This document shows, in pieces, positions 1 to 12,400 of a stretch of 64,000 bases of DNA. Origin of the DNA: Mobula hypostoma (Eukaryota); the NCBI RefSeq assembly GCF_963921235.1, contig NC_086097.1, positions 12,152,001 through 12,216,000 on the forward strand, in the 5' to 3' direction. A program made the position numbers and the translations under genes. The notes under the pieces are model-generated. The model did no database searches, was not told the origin of the DNA, and saw nothing but the letters and a program-made list of their open reading frames with translations. The stretch's first letter is position 1. Each line of letters begins with the position of its first letter.

Positions 1-57
1 TGTATAAAAGCATGCAGACATGCAAAATGTTCAATTGTTGTTCAGACAACTTCACCA

Positions 58-200
58 TGGTCAGTCAGCATCTATGGAGGGGAACAAACAGTCCATGTTT
101 CTTGATGATAGAGGGTCTTGACCAAAAATGTCAATTGTTCATTTCCCTCCATTGATGTTGCCTGACTTCCTGAGTCCCACCAACTTTTTACTTGTGTGGC
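58..200. mobile_element. Decayed inverted pair of Penelope-like pLTR fragments
   Basis: cagcatctatggagggaacaaacag followed by its inverted counterpart ttgttcatttccctccattgatgttgcctgac; similar to the pLTR sequence at 62617-62730. Confidence 0.55.
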
Positions 201-289
201 TTTAGTAAGTCCAGTGGGTGAAAGAGGCTGATAAATGCACCTGTGGGGAATAAAAACTAAGTTGTATCTACCTTCATGCAAGGAGCCTT

Positions 290-1250
290 TCTACGAATGC
301 AGATAAACTCAAAGCTTTAGTTAGTAAGTGGGACTATAACACTGTTTCCATCACTGACACATAGTTTAAAGTTGGTGGGGACTAGCAACTCAGTATTCTG
401 GAATGTAGAAATTTCAGGTGAGGCAGAAGGAGGGTGCAAAAGAGGAGATGACATTGTGCTATTAGCCAAGGATTCCATTGCTTCAGTATTAAGGGAAGAT
501 ATTCTTAGAGGCTTCTCAGTTTGTGGATGACAGTAAGATTAGGACAGCAAGAAAGGCTATCAAAGCTTGCAAACTGATCTGGATCAGCTGAGAAAATGGG
601 CTGAAAAGTGGCTCATGGAAGTTAATGCAGACATATGAGGTGTTATACTTTCAGATGACAAACCAAGGTTAAACTTACACAGTGAATAACTGGGATGTAT
701 GGTAAAATAAAGGGATTCGGAATACAGATCCATACTTCCTTGAAAGTAGTACCACAGGTACATAGGGTCGGTCATAAAGAGAGCTTTATAAATCAGGTCA
801 CTGAGTACAAGAGTTGAGATGTTACGTCGAAGCTGCATAATTGATTTTAGAGATACAGTATGGAAATGGCCCTTCAGGCCCTTCGAACTGCGTGGCCCAG
901 CAACCCCTAACAATCTTCGATTTAACCCTAACCTAATCACGGTACAATTTATAATGACCAGTTAACCAACTAATTGGTCTTTGGTCTGTGGGAGAAAACC
1001 AGAGCACTTGGAGAAAACCCACCCCAGAGAAAAAGTACAGATTCCTTACAGAGGATGCTGGGATTGATCTCTGAACTCCGAGCTGTAATGCCGTTGTGCC
1101 AACCACTACACTACCCTGGTACCCAATAAGACGTTGGTGAGGCTAAATTTAGAGTATTGTGTGTAGTTCTGGTCACCTACTTAAGGGGAATATATCAATA
1201 AGCTTGAAAGAATGCAGAGAAAATTTATAAGGATGTTGCTAAGAATTGAA
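290..1250 (+). mobile_element. Old CR1 LINE fragment interrupted by a minus-strand V-SINE-like element (about 850-1122)
   Basis: Resembles CR1 ORF2 (gatctggatcagctgagaaaatgggctgaaaagtggctcatggaagttaatgcagac; ttggtgaggctaaatttagagtattgtgtgtagttctggtcacc), similar to the CR1 at 17965-19117. Confidence 0.7.
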
Positions 1251-1545
1251 GACCCACAGCAACGCACCAAGATTCCTCTGACAATACCTTCCAAACTCAC
1301 AGCATATATGGGGATCTAATAACATAATTTTCTCGGGGTATAGAAGGACAAATGTAACAATAGCAGGGAATACCTCCAGCTGGAAATTGCCCTCTATGCC
1401 ACACACCGTCATGATTTGAAAATACATTGCTGTTCCTTTCCCATCACTGAGCTAAAGCCTTTGAACTTCCTCCCTAACAGCTTTGTAGGCATACCCAAAG
1501 TACAAGGACTACAGTGGTTCAAGAAGACATTTCACCATCGCCTGA

Positions 1546-1712
1546 CAAAATGCTGGAGGAACTCAGCAGGTCAAGCAGCATCTATGGAAAACAATAAACA
1601 ATTTATGTAGCAACTGTTTATTCCTCTCCATAGATGCTGTCTGACCTGCTGAGTTCCTCCAGCATTTTGTATGTGTTACTCTGGATTTACTGCATCTGCA
1701 GAATCTCTGGTG
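1546..1712. mobile_element. Foldback (inverted) Penelope-like pLTR pair
   Basis: acaaaatgctggaggaactcagcaggtca...tgacctgctgagttcctccagcattttgt forms a near-perfect hairpin. Confidence 0.75.
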
Positions 1713-2074
1713 TTCACCATTACCATCTCAACAACACCTAGTGATGGGCAACTAAATGATAGCTCTGTTCTTGAATGGGCCAGATGGCCGCCTTCTGTAC
1801 TGTAGAGAAATACAAAGTATTCGCATGAAACAAGGTCCAGGAATGCTTTAATCAGTTGTTTTCTGGCATCAACATAACAATTCAGATCATGCATTTTAAA
1901 CTAACAAAGACTGGTTTATCAAGAACAATGCCGAAGGAGATACAATGATGACCAGAAACTGACGCTGTATGTCTTGATCTGCATTTTGATAACATATAGA
2001 AAGAGTCATGCCATACACCTGTCAGCTAGATTTAATGCAAAGGATGCAGTCAAAGGGTAACTGTGGTTTCTAGT

Positions 2075-2640
2075 ATTGAGGCAATTACAAAGCAGGCACA
2101 AGAGCAGCTATATTTCATTGGGAAGTTGAGGAGAAATGGTACATCATCACAGGGTCTTGCAAATTTCTACAGACGTGCTGTGGAGAGTATTCTAACTGGC
2201 TGCATCACTGTCTGGTATGGAGGATTGGAAAAAGCTGCAGGAAATTGTAAACTCAGCCAGCTCCATCATGGCCACTGGCCTCCCCAGCATTAGGACATCT
2301 TCAAAAGGTGAGATCCATCATTAAATACACCCATCGCACAGGACGCACCCTCTTCTTACTGCTGCCATCAAGGAGAATGTACTTGTGCCAGAAGGCTCAC
2401 ACTCAATGTTTCAGGAACAGCTTCCTCCCCTCCACCAGCAGATTTCTGAATGGACAGTGAACCCATGAACACTATCTCACTTTTTTTTCTCTCTCTCTAT
2501 GGATTGCTTATATATATATATATATATATATCTTATTGTAATTTAGAGATTATTTTTATCATGAATCACACTGTACTGCTGCTACAAAACAAGTTTCACG
2601 ACATATGCCAGTGATGTTAAACCTGGTTCTGATTCAGATT
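2075..2640 (+). mobile_element. Rex1/Babar-type LINE 3' fragment (RT C-terminus plus 3' UTR with gattct tail)
   Basis: Translation LYFIGKLRRNG...LANFYRRAVESILTGCITVWYG, typical of the fish Rex1/Babar RT C-terminal (DUF1891-like) region; a second tail follows at about 2655-2915. Confidence 0.8.
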
Positions 2641-3629
2641 ACTGCGATCAAGGAGCTGGTACAGGAGTCTGAAGACACACTCAATGTTTTAGGAACAGTT
2701 TTCAGATTTCTGAATGGACAATGAACCCATGTTCACTAGCTCACTATTTGTTTTACTTTTGCCCTCTTTTTCTGCTGTTTATTTATTTTAATATGTATAG
2801 TTCTGCTTGTAATTTATAGTTTTTTATTATTATGTATTTCAGTTTGCTGCTGCCACAAAACAACAGATTTCATGGTATATATCAGTGATATTAAACCTGA
2901 TTCTGATTCTGATTCTTGAACAAATGTGCATTTCACGGCAATTTGCAGAGCTTGTCAATTTTGTAGCATCTGGAAGCCGCCCGTTAGTCCCCTCAACCAC
3001 TCTGGATGTTGATCTGCACGATTAGCCTCCTTATCTTTTACAGAATCGCACACCTCATTTCCTACTTACTGAAAGAGATTCAAAGTCCTTGGTTACAGTC
3101 TCGCTGCAGACTGTTATGAAAAGATACTGCTCGTGATTGTTTATTCTCTAACAAGTGCACCGTGCTCCTGTTCTGCAGATGTAAAGGCCTTTCTTAATGC
3201 TGTGCTGAGGAGTGTGCACAAAGAATATTTCTTGTGCTTTGTGATCTTAACCGTTTTCAAATGTACTATGGACTAATTCTGTTCTGATAGTTTATTTCAA
3301 AATTCAGACTGATTTTTTTTTAACAGTCAAATGGTAAGGGCTTGAAAGTTACACAGTCCTTTGATTCTACATTAGCTATGCTTGCATTTCACTAGAAGCA
3401 CTAAGTAAGAAATACTCTGGAAGTTCTTTATCAGAGTACAATCAAGTCGGCTTTAATGCCTCTACAATTGATTGGGGTATTTTTAAAAAAATGGAGAATA
3501 TCTTTTCATGCATAGACATCTCTATTGTCACTTTAAGCTCTTCATCAGAATACATTCATGTTATTTTATTGAAGAATACAATACAAAATCCACGGTTTTG
3601 TAGGAGGTGGATAATTCTTTAAATCACAG

Positions 3630-4655
3630 AAAGTACGCCATTTGTAAAATTGTGAATGATCCTACCCACCCTGCCTATGGACTGCTTGTCCCACTCCCAT
3701 CAGAGAGGAGGCTACATAGCATCCTCACCAGGACCACCAGACTCAAAGACAGCGACTTTCCCCATGCAGTAAGGCTCATTAATACCTCCACCCACTAACT
3801 CCCCCACTTCTTTAATATTTCCCATCAGACACCTTAGGTACACCTCCACAATCTGGATCTGGAGGTAAGCGTTGTGTGAAGGCTTGCATGCTTCAAGGGC
3901 TCCATCAGATGATGCCAGCTCAGGGCCATCCAGGTGGGAATGGCTGTGGATGAGATGCCAGCCAAAGACCGATCCAACCCCAGCTCCCTAACAGACAGAC
4001 TCACATCTGTCCCTCCCAGGCAACGCTTCACTTAGATGAGAGGTGATCTGATAGAGGTGTACAAGATGATAAGAGGCATTGATGGTGTGGATAGTCAGAG
4101 GCTTTTTCCCAGGGCTGAAATGGTTGCCACAAGAGAACACAGGTTTGAGGTGCTGGAGAGTAGGTACAGAGGAGATGTCAGGGGTAAGTTTTTTACTCAG
4201 AGAGTGGTGAGTGCGTGGAATGGGCTGCCAGCAACGGTGGTAGAGGCGAATACAATAGGGTCTTTTAAGAGACTTTTGGATAGGTACATGGAGCTTAGAA
4301 AAATAGAGGGCTATAGGTAATCCTAGTAATTTCTAAGGGAAGGGCATGTTCGGCACAACTTTGTGGGCCAAAGGGCCTGTATTGTGCTGTAGGTTTTCTA
4401 TGTTTCTATGTTTAGAAGTGTGAACGCCATACGAAACAAATTTATGTACAGACTAGTGTCAATTTATGGACCTACAATCAATCTATGTATATAAACTATC
4501 TTATGTATTTATATTTATTGTGCTTTTTAATTATTGTTAATGTGTTCTTAATCTTATGTGTTTTTTTTTGTGCTGCATTGGATCCAGAGGAACAATTACT
4601 TTGCTGTCCTTACAATTGTGTACAGGAAATGACATTAAACAATCCCGAATCTTGA
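3630..4655 (+). mobile_element. Rex1/Babar 3' end containing nested RTE-derived (3843-4441) and CR1 (4036-4412) insertions
   Basis: IVNDPTHPAYGLLVPLPSERRLHSILTRTTRLKDSDFPHAVRLIN C-terminal motif; the UTR resumes after 4442. Confidence 0.7.
4036..4412 (+). mobile_element. CR1 LINE 3' end
   Basis: MRGDLIEVYKMIRG...FFTQRVVSAWNGLP; 3' hairpin gggccaaagggcc and (TTTCTATG) tail. Confidence 0.9.
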
Positions 4656-4685
4656 AATATTTCCTGGCTGTGTTTATGTGTATTA

Positions 4686-5752
4686 GAACATAGAACATTG
4701 AACAGTACAGTACAGCACAGGAACAGGCCATTCAGCCCACAATATTGTGCCAAATCAGCTAAAAATCAAATCAAAAACTTCCAAACACTAATCCCTCCTA
4801 CCTGCACTATGTCCATATCCCTCCATCTTCCTTATATCCATGTGCCTATCCAAATATCACTTAAAAGCCTCGAATATACAATGTTTGCCTGCTCCACCAC
4901 ACCTGGCAACACATTCCAGGCACTCATGACTCTCTGAGTAAAAAACTTACCCCTCATATCCTCCTTCAAATCATGTACTCTGGTATTAGACATTTCAACC
5001 CCGGGGTACAGATACGCTTTGTCCACTCTGTCTATGCCTTTCATTATCTTCCCTCATCATCACACTTTTCGTCCCTCTTCCCTCTGGGAGAAGGCTCAGG
5101 AGCTTGAAGACTTGTACTGCCAGGTTCGGGAACAGCTTCTTTCCAACTCTGATAAGACTGCTGAACGGATCCTGACCCGGATCTGGGCCGTACCCTCCAA
5201 ATATCCAGACCTGTCTCTCGGTTTTTTTGCACTACCTTACTTTCCAGTTTTCTATTTTCTATTTATGATTTATAATTTAATTTTTTAATATTTACTAATT
5301 TCTACTATTTTTAATATTTGATATTTGTAATCCAGGGAGTGGGAAGCACAGAATCAAATATCGCTGTGATGATTGTATGTTCTAGCACCAATTGTTTGGC
5401 GACAATAAAGTATAAAGTATCTTGTAAATCTCTATCAGATCTCCCCTCAGCCTCCAGCACTCCAGAGAAAACAACCAAAATTTATCTAGCCTTTCATAAT
5501 AGCACATGCCCTCTTAAACCAGGCAACATCCTGGTGAACCTCTTCTGCACCCTCTCCAAAGCCTCAATTATTCCTAAAGTGAGTCAACCAGAACTGTACA
5601 TAATGCTCCAGCCGTGGCCTAACCAGAGTTTTATAACGTTGCAACATAACCTCTTGATGGTTAAACTCAATGCCTCGATTAATAAAAGCAAGCATTCCAT
5701 AAGTCTTTAACCATCTTATCAACCTGTGTAACCACTTTCAAGGAGCTATGAG
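4686..5752 (-). mobile_element. CR1 LINE 3' fragment with a nested plus-strand Rex-type insertion (about 5051-5419, short TSD tatctt)
   Basis: tagaacatagaaca tail; KFFTQRVMSAWNVLP on the minus strand; the insertion matches 13122-13411. Confidence 0.8.
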
Positions 5753-5764
5753 CTTTGATGCTGC

Positions 5765-6912
5765 TCATGGGGCTACTTAACAAGATAAGAGCCCATGGTA
5801 TTACAGGAAAGATACTAGCATGGATAGAAGATTGGCTGAATGGCAGGAGACAAAGAGTGGAAATAAAGGGGACCTTTTCTAGTTGGCTGTCGGTGACTAG
5901 TGGTGTGCCGTAGGGACCGGTGTTGGGACCACTTCTTTTCATTTCGTATGTCAATGACTTGGATGATTAAATTGTTGGTTTTGTGGCCAAGTTTGCATAC
6001 GATATGAAGAGAGGTAGAGGGGCAGGTAGTGCTAAGGAAGCAGAGGGGCTGCAGAAGGACAGACAGATTGGGAGAATGGACAAAGTAGCAGATGGAGTAT
6101 AGTGTAGGGAAGTTTATGTTCACGCACTTTGGTAGAAGGAATAAAGATATAGGCTATTTTCTAAATGGGGAGAAAATTCAAAAATCAGAAGAGGAAAGGG
6201 ACTTGAGAGGATTCCCTAAAGGTTAACTTGCAGGCTGAGTTGGTGGAAAGGAAAGTAAATGTGATATTAGCATTCATTTTGAGAAGACTGGAATATAACA
6301 GCAAGGATGTAATGCTGTGGTTTTATAATGCAATGGTCAGACCACACTTGGAATATTGTGAGCAGGTTTAGGTCCCTTATCTACAGAAAGGTGTGCTGGC
6401 ATTGAAGATGGTCTGGAAGGGATTCACAAGAATGATTCCAAGAATGAAAGAGTCAATGTATGAGGAGTGTTTAATAGCTCTGGACCTGTACTAGCTGGAG
6501 TTTAGAAGAATGAGGGGGAATCTCATTGAAACTTACCAAATGTTGAAGGGCCCAGATAGAGTGGATGTGGAGAGGATGTTTCCTATAGAGGGCGAATCTG
6601 GAACCAGAAGGCAAAACTTCGGAATAGAGGGACGTCCATTTAGGACAGCGATGAGAAGGAATTTCTTTAGCTAAAGGGTGATGAATCTGTGGAATTCATT
6701 ATGATTGTTGGCTGTGAAGGCCAAGTTATTGAGTATATTTAAAGCAGAGGTTGATAGGATTTTGATTAGACAGGTCATCAAAGGTTACAGGGAGAGGCAG
6801 GAGAATGAGGTTTAGAGGGATAATAAATCACCCATGATGGAATGGCAGAGCAGACTCAATGGGAGAAATGGCCTATTTCTGCTCCTATGTCTTATGGTCT
6901 TATAGTCTTATA
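5765..6912 (+). mobile_element. Decayed CR1 LINE (RT domain to 3' tail)
   Basis: gtgactagtggtgtgccgtagggaccggtgttggg (VTSGVPxGxVLG), stops and frameshifts, tcttatggtcttat tail. Confidence 0.9.
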
Positions 6913-6962
6913 GTGTGGGTGTCATCAGGAGCAATATTCAGTAGTCTGGAAAATCAGCTCAT

Positions 6963-7777
6963 CAAAGGTTCAAAGGTACAATTTAATGTCAGAGAAATGC
7001 ATACAATATACATCCTGAAATGCCTTTTCTTTGCAACCATCCACGAAAACAGAGGAGAGCCCCAAAGAATGAACGACAGTTAAATGTTAGAACCCCAAAG
7101 TAACCCCCAGCTCCCCCCTCCTGCGTGTAAGCAGCAGTGAGCAACAATCCCTCCTCCCCTCCCACCGGCAAAAAAAAGTATTGGCACCCGCCACCGAGCA
7201 CTCAAGCGTGAGCAAAGCAACAGCAAAGACACAGACTTGCAGTTACCCAAAGATTGGGTTTCACCCAGTATTCAACATACCGCAGGTTCTCCCTCTCCCT
7301 AATAAGGGAGAAAGAGGTGTCTCCGTTTTCCCAGCGAGCGGGGAGACATAACAAGCAACTCACTGGTTTACGATGTTAAACGTCGGTTACGTCGCTTTTT
7401 TCGAGCTCTGTGCTTGAAGATCACAAAGATCCCGGGTCTCCAGGCACACAGCAGATATCCAACTCCCCCAATAGCACACGGGTCTCCTGTCGTGACACTG
7501 ACCCTCGATCCACCTGTCTCCAGAGCCTCGAGATCCTAGGCTTCCAAATTCGAGCCTCGACTCTTAGGCCGAGCCCTTGGCATGACGAACAATGGCCAGT
7601 TATGGAACCCCGAGAACAGGTCCCATTCCCACAAAGAACCGTAGTCAGCGTGTAACTCCAAGTCAGCGTCTTCAAAAGAACCCTGAAAGGAAAAAATAGA
7701 GATATTAAAGATGGAAATAGCGCTGTTTCCAAAGATGCAAATAAATGAGTCACCATTAGGAGCCATTAAGCCTCCTA
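6963..7777 (-). mobile_element. Non-coding retroposon or LINE-UTR-like element with (TGAACCTT)n tail
   Basis: caaaggttcaaaggtacaatttaatgtc tail of the Rex-type class; GC-richer body with no credible ORF. Confidence 0.5.
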
Positions 7778-9774
7778 AGCTTCACACCATTATTGGAATT
7801 TCACTGAAGACTGCAATACTAATCGTCAAACACACAGTGCATTCATGAGTTACATTTGTTTGTTAAGCACTTCCATAGAGTAAGTTGAATGTTAGCATAG
7901 ATAACATTAACAAAGTATTGAGTTAGATGTTAACTTGTGAATAGATTAAACTTTGCTAAAATACCCAGGACAAAGACAGGTGTCTTGTATATAGTATGTG
8001 ACCTGATAAGTTCCTAGAGTAAGTGCATTCGAAGTGTCACCAGGTAATCTGCTCTGTACCTTACAATATTTAATTTATGCCTTTACTTCATTTGTTTATG
8101 CATAATTTATCTGTAGATGTTATCCTTACTTTCATAAGTTATTGTGTGTTATATGTTAGCTATTATTGTGCTTTACACCCTGGTTGGGAGAAAAGTTGTC
8201 TCGGTTGGCGGGATGCATGTATATAGTTAAATGACAATCAACTAGACTTGACTTGAATATCTGTCATGTTTAACTAAGGAACAGAATATCACTGCAAACG
8301 TGCCAAAGCTCATGAAACTGAGAAAAAAAGAATATCCTTAGGTGAAGAATTACATATTGTGGACAGCCTTTTCCATACCACAGATGTGTTTATTCAAAGG
8401 AATGCTTATTAGGATAATAAATTACATTGATTAATATAGACTTCAATGTAAATTCACTCCCATTAATGCCTTCTCCAGGAATGTAAGGACAAAAGGTTTC
8501 TGTCCTTTAGCCCATTATAAATAATCGCTTCGCTTCTGATCACACACTGTCAAGAAATGTTATGCAAAAAAGCCACAAAGTTAAAAAGAATACAAAAAAA
8601 AAGAAAGTGGAAATGGTTAAAAGGTTGTGGTGAACATAAAGAACCCAGGACTAACAAAAGCCAAGAATTGAGTGTGGACGCAGAGTGCAAAGACAGAGCC
8701 TCTTTCATGTTGCTTTTATGAGCAGAAGAAATCCGAACTGTGGATGGATAGAGATTTGTTCTCCAATGACATGGATAAATCGTTTGTTTCTTTCGAATAA
8801 TTCCTCATATTTTTTCTGTCTCTCTCCCTCTCTTGCTCTCAGCAGCTGATAACCTCCATGAAACTGAGAAGTCTCTGTTTAAGTAATTAATTGTCATTTC
8901 CTACAAAAAAAAGGGATAAGAAATGGAAGAGGTGATGAAAATAAAGTTTGATGCTTTGCACACAGCACAAGTCTTTATGTGGATGGGAAATAATTGTAGA
9001 AGATAGCAGGGAAGAAGAAGAAAAGACACATCAAATGGTGACAATTATTCATATAGAATTGATTGAGTATTCTTACTATAAATGTTTAGTTTTTTGTTGC
9101 ATAGCTGTACAGTGACAACTTGCTGAGATGAACCTTTGTAATACTGTGACCTTGAGCTCTCATAACGACACATTTGCGAGGCAAAAGGAATAATAAAATC
9201 TGCCCAGGCTGACACTGAAAAGCAACACCATTGAATACAAGTGCATCAACCTCAGAGGTTTCTGCGACCAAGATTAACCCATTGGGATTAACTCCAAGAC
9301 AACGGAAAGCATCTTCCTGCCGACTACAAATTCAGGTCGGAGTAATGTGGAAGATAATGAAGTGTAGTTTCATTCAACACGTAGAATAACTGCTTGCCAT
9401 TTCAAGTAATTGTGAGCACATAATTCAAGGAACGCTTATTAGAAACTCAGACGATGTAATTCAGTGTAATATTATAACCACAAGCAATCATAAATGACCC
9501 CAGACAATTAAACAATAATCAGGAACTCCCACATAATTGCTTATTATTGGTGATGGTAACGATTATATACTGCGTTCAGGTGACTAAGATAATCAGGTAG
9601 TTTCTCACAGGGAAGGTTTGAAGAATAGATAATTATCACAGGGAACAAACAGCTTTTGTTATAACAACAGAAGATGCGGGAAACACTCAGAAGGTCAGGC
9701 AGCATCTGAGGAAACAGAAACAAAATTAACTTTTCAGGTTGCCTAATTATCTTAACGTGTTAAATCTGTTTCCT

Positions 9775-10256
9775 GACTGACCGTATCATTGTGTGGTATG
9801 GAAGCTGCGAGGCATCGGACCTCAAGAACCTACGGAGGACAGTAAAATCTACCAAGAGGACCATCAGGGCTTCTCTCCCTCCCCCATTTGTGACATCTAC
9901 TCGGTGCATTACAGCCGAAGAGAACGAAGCATTGTTGAAGATCCCTGCCAGCCATCTCACTCTCTTTGACCCATTACCATCAGGAAGCAGGTATAGCAGC
10001 ATTAGGGCTAGGACTGCTTCTCCTCTCACTGATGAATAACCTGTCACCACCAAGGTCTTGTCACTAGGGCAGAGAGCTGTCTACTGTTTTTACCTCTGCT
10101 TTACTACGTGCATTTTGAATTATATTTTAATACTATAATATCTTAGTTTATGTGCTGTATGTGATATATGTTTTGTGGGTGCACCGTGGTGCGGAGGAGT
10201 GTTGTTTGGTCTGATTGTATATACGTACAATCAGATGACAACAAACTTGAACTTAA
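9775..10256 (+). mobile_element. Rex1/Babar 3' fragment
   Basis: VWYGSC...DPLPSGSRYSSIRART motif and aacttgaactt tail. Confidence 0.75.
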
Positions 10257-10707
10257 CCTGTTGCTCCTTCCAGAGGCTCTTCCTCCTTGCTGAGGATTTC
10301 TCACATCATTTTTTTAAATTTCAGATCTCAGCATTTTTATATAATTGCTTTGTGTAGCAATACAGTAAAGACATTAGGTATGATAGACTTATGAAGAGCT
10401 TGAGAGTGGAAAGCCACTTCGTGAAGTTTGTGAAGTTATGTAGACTCCTGTTGTACCCCACATGAGAAAATCAATAATAAGTTGATTGTTACTGTCGAAC
10501 TGCCTATATTTCTTGCCTGCATTCATGCTCTGGTTATCTATCATCCATCTTTTAATATAGAATCCATTTACACCTACAACATGGTTTAAAGTTTGTTGGT
10601 GACGATCCTGTATGTCACCACCAACAAGAGGTCCGATCAATCATTATCATTTTTCTCTGTTAGAAGGGCACTAAAGAACAGTTAAGACAGTAGCAGTTGT
10701 AGTAGTT

Positions 10708-11052
10708 GGGTGGAGGGGTGGAGATTTGTATCTACCAAAGGAGGTGTAAGGAGCTCCCTCCATCCACTAGCCTGCAGGTCACTATTGGGCAAGGTGCAGC
10801 TCCTGCTTTGCCCCCTCACTCCTCCCCCAGTCAGGGTCACATGAAGCCACGGGAGCAGGTGGGTAGCTGCTGCGTATCACAAATCCTGGTTATGCGACCA
10901 CTGACGCCAGGCGGACAATCTCTGAAGAGTATTGATAATGGTTGGGGTCAGCCATCTTGTAAAGACACTGCCCAGAAGAAGGCAATGGCAAACCATTTCT
11001 GTAGAACAATTTGCCAAGAACAATCATGGTGATGGAAAGACCATGATTGACC
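10708..11052 (+). mobile_element. RTE-related short non-autonomous element (family also at 17405-17700 and 25484-25848)
   Basis: Three similar copies; gaagaaggcaatggcaaaccatttctg...ttgccaagaa resembles the RTE/BovB-type (Bov-A, Sauria-SINE) segment. Confidence 0.75.
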
Positions 11053-11629
11053 AATTTCTGATGAGGGGGTACAAAATGAATAAACAAGTGCACTTCATGG
11101 ACTGAATAAATATTCCTCTAGGCCAAGCCATTAGGCATATGTAAAACAGAGGATGATAGCTTCTTGATTAGAAAGCAGGAGTATGGGGTTGAGAGGGATA
11201 ATAAGTCAGCCATGATTGAATGGCAAAGAAGAATTGATAGACCAAATGGCCTAATTCTGCTCCTATCTATGTCTCACAGTTTTATGGTCTTATTCCATGG
11301 AAAGATTAAAGATTATGGATAAGATTTATTTGTCAGGTGTACATTGAAACATACTGGGAAATGCTTCCTATGCATCAGATAAAATCAATGAAGATTGTGC
11401 TGGGCCATGCTTCCAGTGCCAATGTCTCTCTCTAACACTAACCGTACATCTTTGCTTTGTGGGAGGACACCAGAGCACCCGAAAGATACCCATGCGGTCA
11501 TGGGGAAAATGTACAGACAATAATGGCAAATGAAGCCCAGTCTCACAGCTGGCAAGCACTACTTGCAATCCTAGCGTTCCTGCCCATAGACACTCGTTGT
11601 TCTGACCCTCCCATGTGGTGTGAGTGGTC

Positions 11630-12400
11630 AGAATCAGGTTTAGCGTCCTGAAATCCGTTCGTTTTTGTGTGGCAGTAGTGTAATGCCATTCATAAGGAAT
11701 CTATAAATTACTATAAGAAATATATGCCAAGAACAATCACGGTCATGGATGGAGGGGTGACATGGAGGGGTGGCTTCCCCTAGGCAACAATCCCTCACTG
11801 CTTCTCAAATTAAAGACAGATGGAAGACCATGATTGCCCATGTCATACAACATGGCACATAATGATGAAGATGATGATATAAATACAAAAGGAAAGGTAC
11901 GTCGCATCCGGAGTTTCTCCGGTTAACGGACGATTTCCCTCCACGCCTCTCCGACATAGTGGGGAACAGCATACGAGGCAAGTTACAGCAGTGGTTTGCC
12001 ATTGTCTTCTGCCGGGTAAGTTTCCACAGAGATCATCAGCTCGTAACCCAGCACGGATGGAAAGCGTGCGGGGGAGCCGGCTGGATTCGTCCCGAAGTTC
12101 GACACTGATGCCACTACGCCACCAACTGGGTACGATATAATTATATATAAATTAAATTAAATAAGTTGTGCAAAAAAGATAGAGAAAAAAACGTACTGAG
12201 GTAGTGTTCGTGGGTTCATTGTCCATTCGGAAATCTGATGGCAGAGGGAAAGAAGCTGTTCCTGAATTGTTGAGTGTATGTCTTCAGGCTCCTTATCTCC
12301 TCCTTGAAGATAGCAATGAGTAGAGGGCATGTCCTGGGTGATGGGTGTCTTTGATGAAGGATGCCATGTTGGGGCTGGCAGAGTTTGCCATTTTCTGCAG
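11630..12400 (-). mobile_element. Rex1/Babar 3' end hosting nested SINE insertions
   Basis: cagaatcaggttt tail and ccattcggaaatctgatggcagagggaaagaagctgttcctgaa, shared with 27396-27875 and 54535-54855. Confidence 0.7.
11890..12130 (-). mobile_element. tRNA-headed SINE with RTE-derived body
   Basis: Minus strand: A-box TGGCGTAGTGG near the 5' end, then ggcagaagacaatggcaaaccactgc. Confidence 0.65.

Noticed and set aside
8811..8890. Polypyrimidine tract plus CAG and a downstream GTAATT (possible micro-exon)
   Set aside because: Weak donor, no recognisable peptide and no partner exons
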